NCBI GenBank assembly: GCA_003251995.1
Contig: QKDT01000015.1
Span: 1-43,575 of the forward strand
Direction of reading: 5' to 3'
Source: Desulfovibrio desulfuricans
GTDB lineage: Bacteria; Desulfobacterota; Desulfovibrionia; Desulfovibrionales; Desulfovibrionaceae
Length of the DNA stretch: 43,575 nucleotides
The notes below the pieces were generated by a model, which did no database searches, had not been told where the DNA came from, and was given only the letters and a program-made list of their open reading frames with translations. Each line of letters opens with the position of its first letter. The stretch's first letter is position 1. This document shows, piece after piece, positions 1 through 6,499 of this stretch. A program made the translations under genes and the position numbers.

Positions 1-165
1 GTCAGGCAGCGTACTGATCTGCGTGCCCCTGAGGTCGAGGTAGCCGCCCACTACCAGGTTGTCAGGCAGCGTACTGATCTGCGTGCCCCTGAGGTCGAGG
101 TAGCCGCCCACTACCAGGTTGTCAGGCAGCGTACTGATCTGCGTGCCCCTGAGGTCGAGGTAGCC
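1..165. repeat. 60-bp tandem repeat array (left part); 1-94 duplicated at 43482-43575 (circular assembly overlap)
   Basis: Identical 60-nt units at 1-60 and 61-120, partial unit at 121-165; exact match of 1-94 to the last 94 nt. Confidence 0.95.
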
Positions 166-228
166 TTCAACATTTAAGCCATACTTTTTAACAAACGCCT
201 TCGCATCCATACCTTTGACCTTCGCCAT
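1..228 (-). CDS. LRR-like repeat protein, N-terminal part (gene wraps through the contig end and continues at 43575/43481..42783)
   Basis: ATG at 228 with GGAGG RBS (minus strand 235-239); translates MAKVKGMDAKAFVKKYGLNVEG-YLDLRGTQISTLPDNLVVGG-repeats, open to position 1 and in phase with the repeats at the other end. About 308 aa if the 94-nt terminal overlap is collapsed. Confidence 0.85.
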   Translation of the reverse strand, partial: MAKVKGMDAKAFVKKYGLNVEGYLDLRGTQISTLPDNLVVGGYLDLRGTQISTLPDNLVVGGYLDLRGTQISTLPD

Positions 229-240
229 GTTCAGCCTCCA

Positions 241-305
241 TAAAAAAGGCCGCTCACGGCGACCTGATGATAAAAATAAAGGCCGCTCCCCAATGGAACG
301 GACCC
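241..305 (-). terminator. Two tandem intrinsic terminators in the early-left operon
   Basis: Minus strand GGTCGC-CGTGA-GCGGCC-TTTTTTA (241-264) and GGTCCGTTCC-ATTG-GGGAGCGGCC-TTTATTTTT (271-304). Confidence 0.6.
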
Positions 306-341
306 AGCGCAGCGACATAGACACAGAACGCGGCGCAAATT

Positions 342-542
342 TTAAACACCGAGCTTATCAGCAATCTTGCGGCAGTCCATGCACCCATGCGCGATCTCTG
401 CCGGGATGTCGCAGTTACCCGAAATCTTAAGCATGTCTCGGCATTGGCGCTCCCTCATTTCAAAAAAGCGCTTTACAGAAAAAATTCCATACTCGTGCAG
501 ATGTTTAAGCTCTTCCTTAGTCAGCTTGTCTTGCCAGCGCAT
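342..542 (-). CDS. hypothetical protein (C-terminal CxxC)
   Basis: AGGAGG RBS before ATG at 542; MRWQDKLTKEELKHLHEYG...HGCMDCRKIADKLGV. Confidence 0.7.
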   Translation of the reverse strand: MRWQDKLTKEELKHLHEYGIFSVKRFFEMRERQCRDMLKISGNCDIPAEIAHGCMDCRKIADKLGV

Positions 543-905
543 AAACACCTCCTAAAATTTGATGGCAGTCCCCGTATTCGCACCGGGTTAGCCTCTACGG
601 ATTGTCTGGTCATGCGCGCTGTTGCCAGAGTCCTCAGCAATACCCACGTTCGCCGCAGGCCGCACCTGCCGTAACCTCTCCATCACAGTCAGCGACATTT
701 TTGCTGATGGTAGCAATATGGTCGCTGGCAGGGTGAAAAGATTCAGGAAAACTGCTGTCGCTCAAAAAGGGCAATTATAAGCTGGCATTTGACCAGCTTC
801 CGAAGTTCTTTGCCCGCAAATCACTTGCCGGAATAATACGATTCAAGGCGTTTCGTATTTCGTAAAACTAGCTTTTCATGACTCCCTCCACTTATTGAAG
901 TTCCT

Positions 906-1256
906 TCATTCCCGCCCCGGTACGCGCCGGAGCTGTGTGAAAGAAATTCCGCCGCTACTCCATTCCGGCATCGGGCTCGAAGCGCACGCCGCCCCAGGCG
1001 AGTCTCGCGGCGACAAGGTTACCGTCTCAACGCAGATACCAAGCGCTCGGCCGCCAGCATCAGCATGCCCCATGAACACGAATTTCTGTATCTTTTCCCC
1101 CTCCATTCCGCTGTAGATGATGTCGCCCGGTTTGAGCGCTGCCAGACGCTTGGCGTGTTCAATGCCCGCACCTTCGGAATCGAACTGAATGATATTGGCC
1201 CTCATTCCTCCGGAACCAGCGATATTGCCCAAAAGTTCTGCGATATGGTCATTCAT
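906..1256 (-). CDS. hypothetical protein, first gene of the early-left operon
   Basis: 116-aa ORF with purine-rich RBS; correct orientation downstream of the PL-like promoter. Confidence 0.7.
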   Translation of the reverse strand: MNDHIAELLGNIAGSGGMRANIIQFDSEGAGIEHAKRLAALKPGDIIYSGMEGEKIQKFVFMGHADAGGRALGICVETVTLSPRDSPGAACASSPMPEWSSGGISFTQLRRVPGRE

Positions 1257-1339
1257 TATTTTTCTCTCTCTGTTGATGGTTTATGGGTGTTGGTAACTTT
1301 TCCAATCCCGCCGACAACCGGGGTTGCCAGCGGTCAGAA

Positions 1340-1693
1340 AAAATTCGCTTTATCCATTTTCACGGCCCGCTCTCTACGTCGTAACCGTGGGGGATTTTGT
1401 GATTCGGCCCATCCCCGACCGTCCTCGCTCCAGCTGGCCCCAGTAGATCCACCCGCTCGTGCTTCACATCTGGGTAGGGCTTTCATCGCGCTCAATTGTC
1501 AATGATCTGTTCGCCGTAATCCGCTTTAACCAACCGCCTTGCGCCCTTCGGTCTAGGACTCCGTACTTGCTCGGCTTCGCTTACGGTCAGCCTCCCTTTT
1601 CGGGCCTCGCTACTGAGCAGCGGCTTTGCTCCCAGGTACTTTCCCCGGCCCCCTGCCCGTAGGCGCTGTTCCGTGGAGTTCTTCCCTGCTCGC
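1340..1693 (-). ncRNA. candidate structured leader RNA of the PL transcript, containing a boxA-like element
   Basis: No credible ORF; many short stems (GCC-UACG-GGC, CCGGG/CCUGG, GAGCA/UGCUC, CCC-GAAAA-GGG), closing helix ACUCC/GGAGU, possible pseudoknot CCGUAA/UUACGG, then GATCATTGACAATTGA at 1492-1507. Confidence 0.5.
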
Positions 1694-1699
1694 AAAGTC

Positions 1700-1728
1700 A
1701 GTATGTTCGATTGTCAGAACAATGTCAA
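1700..1728 (-). promoter_or_regulatory. PL-like sigma70 promoter
   Basis: TTGACA (1728-1723), 17-bp spacer, CATACT (1705-1700); overlapped by an operator palindrome. Confidence 0.8.
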
Positions 1729-1763
1729 CATGCCAGAAGCAAATTTGTTTGATTAAGAGAACA
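1704..1763. promoter_or_regulatory. Two putative repressor operators (TGTTC-N8-GAACA)
   Basis: TGTTC-GATTGTCA-GAACA at 1704-1721 and TGTTT-GATTAAGA-GAACA at 1746-1763; same motif at 3492-3509 between cI and cro. Confidence 0.75.
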
Positions 1764-1777
1764 TTTTTTGATATAAA
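1749..1777 (+). promoter_or_regulatory. Rightward sigma70 promoter divergent from PL, upstream of the structured element
   Basis: TTGATT (1749-1754), 17-bp spacer, TATAAA (1772-1777) with extended -10 TG at 1769-1770; overlapped by operator 1746-1763. Confidence 0.5.
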
Positions 1778-1810
1778 AAAATCACGCCGAGGAAAACGGC
1801 GCGATACGGG

Positions 1811-2160
1811 GGTTCCGTCTACTCGTTAAAAATGACGGTGAGTGGTTGGCATGACCGACCCGCAGGCCAAAGCGTGAAACTGGCCCCATTCTGGACGGTA
1901 TACAGACAGTGGCGGAATGGGAGTTGAAACCCTCGGAACCACGAAGTCAGCAGCCGGGGTCGCAAGAGTCGAAAGCAGAGAAGAGCGAGACTGACAGGAC
2001 GGGAACGCTACATACCCGGCAAGCTCTGAGCCAATCTAGTTAGCAGCGTACTAGGGTTGGCCCCTCCGATTCCCCGGCTCTCCTTCGGGAATACATGGAA
2101 TCAAGGGCAAGATCGTCCCCATAGCTTAACGGCATGGGTAAGGGCGAGTCTTGCCCTCAC
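1811..2160 (+). ncRNA. candidate large structured ncRNA (~350 nt, unknown family)
   Basis: No ORF of 60 aa or more on either strand in 1830-2204; at least 8 complementary segment pairs, including long-range and crossing ones; G-U wobbles favour the + strand. Confidence 0.6.
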
Positions 2161-2274
2161 TTGCAAGCCCCTCTCCGCTTGGGAATACATAAAGGCATTA
2201 AGAGTTAAAGCATAAAGGCATTTAAGCCAGTAAGTATATTAACCAGTAAAAAGCCCCCATGAAGGGGCGGGAGA

Positions 2275-2430
2275 ATGAGCATGGAAGATTCAGTCACACG
2301 GGAAAGGCTGTTGCAGGTATGCACGGAGATCAATTTCAATCTGGCGCAGCTTGTCGAATATCTCCAAGCAAAAGATGCTGCTGCATCGGTGGCATCTGAG
2401 CCTACTTCAAACCCTCTGTGGAAGAAATAA
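2275..2430 (+). CDS. small hypothetical protein (51 aa; below the ORF-track cutoff)
   Basis: GGGAGA RBS, ATG 2275; MSMEDSVTRERLLQVCTEINFNLAQLVEYLQAKDAAASVASEPTSNPLWKK; overlaps the 3' end of the convergent 2402-2686 ORF. Confidence 0.5.
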   Translation: MSMEDSVTRERLLQVCTEINFNLAQLVEYLQAKDAAASVASEPTSNPLWKK

Positions 2431-2686
2431 AGCCGATTTTCCGTTGCTGTAACTCGTCTTCCATTTCTTGAGTGAACAGCCCTTGTCCTCTGGCAGTGAG
2501 CAAAATTAGCCCAGCAATACAGGCATCCATTGACATGGATGTAACTGGCGTTGGGCTTTTGCACCCAGCATAGCAACCCTTACGGGCATTACCGACAATT
2601 TCACATACCCGCACAGCCGGACAATCAGAGCCACGAGTGAATTGTGGCAATCTTCCAAATCGCTCCTGAATCTCTTCATGGTTCAT
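2402..2686 (-). CDS. hypothetical protein downstream of cI (immunity-region accessory gene)
   Basis: 94-aa ORF with AGGGAG RBS, co-oriented and adjacent to the repressor gene. Confidence 0.7.
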   Translation of the reverse strand: MNHEEIQERFGRLPQFTRGSDCPAVRVCEIVGNARKGCYAGCKSPTPVTSMSMDACIAGLILLTARGQGLFTQEMEDELQQRKIGFISSTEGLK

Positions 2687-2726
2687 TGATATGCTCCCTG
2701 ATTAAATTCCATCCCCACCTCGCGGC

Positions 2727-3434
2727 CTAAAACAACTGCCACACCCACGCCACGCGGCCCAACACTACCTTGTCATAGCCTTCATAATTGATGGTGCGTT
2801 TTTCATAGCGCTCATTGTCTGAAACCAAATCTATCCCGCCGTCAACGCCCATTTTCAGCCGTTTAATCAGCCTGCCGAAAGGTGGGATACTCACCAGATA
2901 AATGCCGCCCTCGGCTATGTCACCATTGAAAGGGACAACGCCGACATACGAGCCACACTTGATTGTCGGTTCCATGCTGTCACCATCAACGCGGAAGGCA
3001 GCCAGATCAGGCAGCATATATTGCGGCAACACCTGGATGAAGGTTTCAGGCTCAGCGTCAAAAAGTTCGACGTCCGGCCCCGCGCCAGTACCGCCAAGCA
3101 CAGGCACGAGGGGTAGATTCTCGCCGCTCACGACATGCTTAGGGGCATACTTCCCAAGCCTGCAAATCATCGGGACATTGGGAAGGTAGTCATGCACGTT
3201 AAGCCCCAAGACGTCTAAATATTTAAGCATGTCTGAAAACGAGGCGTTTGAAGAGGTGGTTGTCCCATTTACCCACCCGCTAACTACCGAGCGAGTAACG
3301 CCTAAACGTCTGCTTATTTCTGCCTGCTTAACGCCGGAGTCTTTCATCTCAACAATCTTGCTTGAGATGGCAGCCCACGCGCTTTGTGCGGCCTGTTCGT
3401 ATGCGGTCAATTCTTCTTTTTCCATATTCATCAC
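2727..3434 (-). CDS. cI: CI-like prophage repressor (HTH plus S24 peptidase)
   Basis: N-terminal HTH (QAEISRRLGVTRSVVSGW); A-G cleavage site (GTGAG); catalytic motifs VDGDSMEPTI and IKRL; divergent from a cro-like gene. Confidence 0.93.
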   Translation of the reverse strand: MMNMEKEELTAYEQAAQSAWAAISSKIVEMKDSGVKQAEISRRLGVTRSVVSGWVNGTTTSSNASFSDMLKYLDVLGLNVHDYLPNVPMICRLGKYAPKHVVSGENLPLVPVLGGTGAGPDVELFDAEPETFIQVLPQYMLPDLAAFRVDGDSMEPTIKCGSYVGVVPFNGDIAEGGIYLVSIPPFGRLIKRLKMGVDGGIDLVSDNERYEKRTINYEGYDKVVLGRVAWVWQLF

Positions 3435-3491
3435 TTAGCGAGCTTGTTCGTTTTTTACAAATGACAGCAATGTTTTTTCACTTGCTTTTTT

Positions 3492-3509
3492 TGTTCTTTT
3501 GATAGAACA
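3492..3509. promoter_or_regulatory. putative OR operator
   Basis: TGTTC-TTTTGATA-GAACA directly upstream of the cro start in the cI/cro intergenic region. Confidence 0.75.
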
Positions 3510-3511
3510 TA

Positions 3512-3763
3512 ATGTCTATGAAAAATGCACTTGAAGTATTTCGTATCGAACGTGGCATGACCTTTCGGGAGCTTGCCTCCGCCTGTAGCTCTCGCGGGCT
3601 GAATGCCGTCTATCGGCACTGTAAGGCGGATAAAATTCCGGCTGAGGCTGCGGCGGAATATTCAGAGGCTTTTGGCATCCCTCGTTCTGAGCTGCGCCCC
3701 GACCTGTGGCCCCCGGCTACAGCAACCCCTGCCACACAACGCGGAGGCGAAGATGCTGCGTAG
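3512..3763 (+). CDS. cro: Cro/YdaS-like HTH regulator
   Basis: HTH plus the typical C-terminal GIPRSELRPDLW motif; divergent from cI. Confidence 0.85.
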   Translation: MSMKNALEVFRIERGMTFRELASACSSRGLNAVYRHCKADKIPAEAAAEYSEAFGIPRSELRPDLWPPATATPATQRGGEDAA

Positions 3764-3917
3764 GCTGTGGAATTTGAGCGGCGTAATTTTCAATGCCGTA
3801 ATGTTCATCTGCGGGTGCGTTGCAAGCTTCGCTGAACCTACATTTTGGGGTGGAGTCTTCGTTGCTTTGTGCGCAGCTAACCTCCCCGATGCCTTCTTTG
3901 AATGGCGAGGCCGCTAA
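3753..3917 (+). CDS. small membrane protein (54 aa)
   Basis: GGAGG RBS, ATG 3753; two hydrophobic segments (MLRRLWNLSGVIFNAVMFICGCVASF...VFVALCAA). Confidence 0.6.
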   Translation: MLRRLWNLSGVIFNAVMFICGCVASFAEPTFWGGVFVALCAANLPDAFFEWRGR

Positions 3918-4010
3918 ATGCCCACCCTTGACCGCATAACCATCTGCGCCTGCCTGATCATTGCTGCATACGGCGTGTACGGCTACTGGCTCGTTAACTC
4001 CATGAGGTGA
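3918..4010 (+). CDS. small membrane protein (30 aa)
   Basis: ATG immediately after the previous TAA, GAGG RBS; MPTLDRITICACLIIAAYGVYGYWLVNSMR. Confidence 0.55.
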   Translation: MPTLDRITICACLIIAAYGVYGYWLVNSMR

Positions 4011-4013
4011 ACC

Positions 4014-4157
4014 ATGCCTGAGTACATGTTTTACATCGGTATATTCGGATTTGTCGTGTTCTGCGCAGTTGCTATCCCATCCATCATTGCCATACGGCGT
4101 TGCTGGAAACGTGCAGGTCAGCGGCTGGGCAACCACGACATTTACGGCGGGGATTAA
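4014..4157 (+). CDS. small membrane protein (47 aa)
   Basis: GAGGTG RBS; MPEYMFYIGIFGFVVFCAVAIPSIIAIRRCWKRAGQRLGNHDIYGGD (TM segment followed by a basic tail). Confidence 0.6.
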   Translation: MPEYMFYIGIFGFVVFCAVAIPSIIAIRRCWKRAGQRLGNHDIYGGD

Positions 4158-4160
4158 GCT

Positions 4161-4289
4161 ATGGCGCTGTCTGTTGCCCTCATGGGCATCATTCTCGGCT
4201 GTTTCATCTGGGGCAGCAAAGACCGCGTTGAGGCTGGGTTTATTGCGCTGCTCACGTTCATTCTTTGTGCGTTGTTGGAGCGCGCATAA
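4161..4289 (+). CDS. small membrane protein (42 aa)
   Basis: GGGGA RBS; MALSVALMGIILGCFIWGSKDRVEAGFIALLTFILCALLERA (two hydrophobic segments). Confidence 0.55.
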   Translation: MALSVALMGIILGCFIWGSKDRVEAGFIALLTFILCALLERA

Positions 4290-4521
4290 CGCATGCCCCA
4301 CTGACCGTTCCACTGCCACCGCCTCGCCGAGTTCCGCAGGGTACATACGGAACAATGGGCGAGGCAGGGCAGCAGATAGGACGGTAACGCGATATACGCC
4401 GGACGGAAGGCGTTTCAAGTAGGCACGTAACAGGACTGAGGCGGTAAGGCAATTGGGCATGAGTAGAGGTTATCAAAACCAACCAAGTCAACAATAGACC
4501 ATTTTTGAAAGGTAGTGCCCT

Positions 4522-5004
4522 ATGCAATCAATCAATCTGCGACATTCCACATTCAATCAGGCGTTGCAATTTGCCAAGATGCTTTCCGGCCTGACCAACT
4601 CTGAGATAGCCGAAAAGTCCGGTCTATCGCCTGCAAATGTCGCCAAATATTTCAAGCCCAACGAAGACTACTACCCAAATCCCTGCAACATCCCTGCGCT
4701 GTGCTGCGCCTTGGGAAACCGTGTGCTGCTTGATTGGCAGACTGCCCAAATGGACGAGATTTGCCCGCAGAGCGCAATTTCAAGCGCAACCGACCTGACG
4801 GACGCGGCAATGTCCATTGCTGACCGTGTGGGCCAATTCTGCGCCATCACGCGGGAGCATGTGGCAGATGGGAAGATCGACAGAAACGAGGCCAAGGAGA
4901 GCCAAGGGCAGATCGCCGACATGGTGCGCCACCTGAAAGGGCTGCATGACAAGCTTGAACCGCTGGCGAGTGGGGAACTTATCGACATGGGGAGGGCACA
5001 ATAA
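4522..5004 (+). CDS. CII-like phage regulatory protein (HTH)
   Basis: HTH (LTNSEIAEKSGLSPANVAKY) and C-terminal ADGKIDRNE motif typical of CII/CP76-like proteins; canonical position after cro. Confidence 0.7.
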   Translation: MQSINLRHSTFNQALQFAKMLSGLTNSEIAEKSGLSPANVAKYFKPNEDYYPNPCNIPALCCALGNRVLLDWQTAQMDEICPQSAISSATDLTDAAMSIADRVGQFCAITREHVADGKIDRNEAKESQGQIADMVRHLKGLHDKLEPLASGELIDMGRAQ

Positions 5005-5192
5005 TGCACGTCTTTACTTCCAAATCCAACTACCTGCGCAAGCCTGAGCCGTGCTCACAAGGGCTGTGCCACGACTGCAAGGCGCCCACGCCAACCTACC
5101 GCTGCCCCAAGTGTAAGGCAAAGCATGACGCGAAGCACCGCGCCAACATGGAAGGGTTCGCGGAAGATGAAACGTACAGGGTGCTGCATTGA
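5004..5192 (+). CDS. small Zn-finger protein
   Basis: CHDC...CPKC; TAATG translational coupling to the upstream gene. Confidence 0.65.
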   Translation: MHVFTSKSNYLRKPEPCSQGLCHDCKAPTPTYRCPKCKAKHDAKHRANMEGFAEDETYRVLH

Positions 5193-5369
5193 TGAAGCCG
5201 CCGCGCTGCATCGAATGCCTGCAATGGCGTCAGCAGAAAGGCAGGGCATGGTGGAACGGATACTGCGCGCTTACTGGTCAGGATATTTTTTACAGGACGA
5301 AGTGCCAACTGCCGGAATGGCAGGCGCAGAAATAGAAAAGCCCCTGGCGAAAACAGGGGCTTACAGGGA

Positions 5370-5609
5370 ATGAACCAGTTACTCAATGGAGCTATTATGC
5401 AGAACAACACCGTAAATGTCAACGCGCAATGCAGCTTGTCTCCTGATGAAATGGAAACGCTGCTGCGTGCGGAGATTGAACTCACTGGCAGGGGTATGCA
5501 AGACGGCCTGCAATACTTCGCTGACATGCGCGACAGGAACACCGCTGCACAGAAGCAGTTGATCGCGCTGCGTGCCGGACAGCAAACTATGGTTGATTGG
5601 AGGGGTTAA
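5370..5609 (+). CDS. hypothetical protein
   Basis: 79-aa ORF (alternative start 5397), coupled by TAATG to the replication gene. Confidence 0.6.
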   Translation: MNQLLNGAIMQNNTVNVNAQCSLSPDEMETLLRAEIELTGRGMQDGLQYFADMRDRNTAAQKQLIALRAGQQTMVDWRG

Positions 5610-6499
5610 TGAACACAGACTTTCGAGTTGCTGTGGACTTTTTCGCCCACCACAAGGCCCGTAAGCTTAAAAAGCGCCTTGGCTCTGATGGGCTCATGGC
5701 CCTGCTGCAATTGTGGGCCTATGCCGCAAAGCTGCGCGCTGATGGCGACCTGTCAGGCATGAGCGTGGAAGATATCGAGCTGGCTTCCGGCTGGGACGGA
5801 ACGGATGGTGCGCTTGTTTCAGCTCTAGTTGAGGTCGGCTTCCTTGACCAGAACGGTGAAGCCTACGCGCTGCATGATTGGCTTGAGAATAATTCTTGGG
5901 CCGCTGGTGCCGATGCCCGCTCGGACGCTTCGCGATTCTCAAGGATGGCTCGTACTTATCCTAACGAATACGCAACGCTGGTTGAAGCTGGCGTTAAGGG
6001 AATCAGTAAAGAGGACTACGAATCGTTAAGGAGCGTTAACGAACGTCAAACGACCGTTGAACGGCTGCTTAACGAACTGCCAAGCCCTGCCCCCGCTCCT
6101 TCTCCTGCTCCTGTTCCTTCTCCTAGCGATAAAGAGTCTTCCCTTCGGGAAGATGCCGGAACCAAGGTTCCGCCTTGTCCTCACCAGCAGATTTTGGACA
6201 TGTACCACGAACTTCTCCCGGTGCTGCCCCGCATGAAAGTTTGGGACAAAGCGCGCAAGGGAAACCTGGGCGCAAGGTGGCGTGAGCGGTGGGAGGCAAA
6301 GGCTTTTTCCTCACAGGCAGAAGGCTTGGATTATTTCAGGCGCATGTTTGAGTACGTTGGGCGTGAGTGTGATTTCCTCATGGGCCGGGTGACAGACCGT
6401 GATGGGAAGCCATTCTTTGCCTCGCTGGATTGGATAGCCATGCCGAGGAACTTCGCAAAAATCATTGAGGGCAAGTACACTCGCAGGGAGGCCGCGTAA
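5609..6499 (+). CDS. phage replication initiator (O-like)
   Basis: N-terminal winged-helix-like region (FFAHHKARKLKKRLG...LWAYA...HDWLE), Pro/Ser linker, C-terminal ASLDWI..NFAKIIEGKY motif; immediately upstream of DnaB. Confidence 0.85.
   Translation: MNTDFRVAVDFFAHHKARKLKKRLGSDGLMALLQLWAYAAKLRADGDLSGMSVEDIELASGWDGTDGALVSALVEVGFLDQNGEAYALHDWLENNSWAAGADARSDASRFSRMARTYPNEYATLVEAGVKGISKEDYESLRSVNERQTTVERLLNELPSPAPAPSPAPVPSPSDKESSLREDAGTKVPPCPHQQILDMYHELLPVLPRMKVWDKARKGNLGARWRERWEAKAFSSQAEGLDYFRRMFEYVGRECDFLMGRVTDRDGKPFFASLDWIAMPRNFAKIIEGKYTRREAA
5992..6077. repeat. iteron-like repeats / putative replication origin inside the initiator gene
   Basis: CGTTAA-like hexamers at 5992, 6024, 6034, 6044 (CGTCAA) and 6055 (CGTTGA), mostly spaced 10-11 bp, just before the linker region as in lambdoid ori. 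Confidence 0.55.

Noticed and set aside
1-165. Terminal 60-bp repeats as a CRISPR array or as true terminal repeats of the virion DNA
   Set aside because: Units are contiguous with no unique spacers and encode an in-frame 20-aa protein repeat; no cas genes; the end duplication is best explained as assembly overlap in a repeat, and the terminase module is cos-type.
1811-2160. Retron msr-msd, group I/II intron, tmRNA or RNase P RNA
   Set aside because: No RT or maturase nearby, no interrupted gene, and I could not find the diagnostic motifs by eye (domain V, catalytic core, tRNA-like ends with tag ORF, P4 consensus); left as an unclassified candidate.
3717-4460. 247-aa minus-strand ORF and 123-aa ORF 4051-4422 over the cro-cII interval
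   Set aside because: No motifs or good RBS; the four tightly packed + strand micro-ORFs with RBSs explain the region better.
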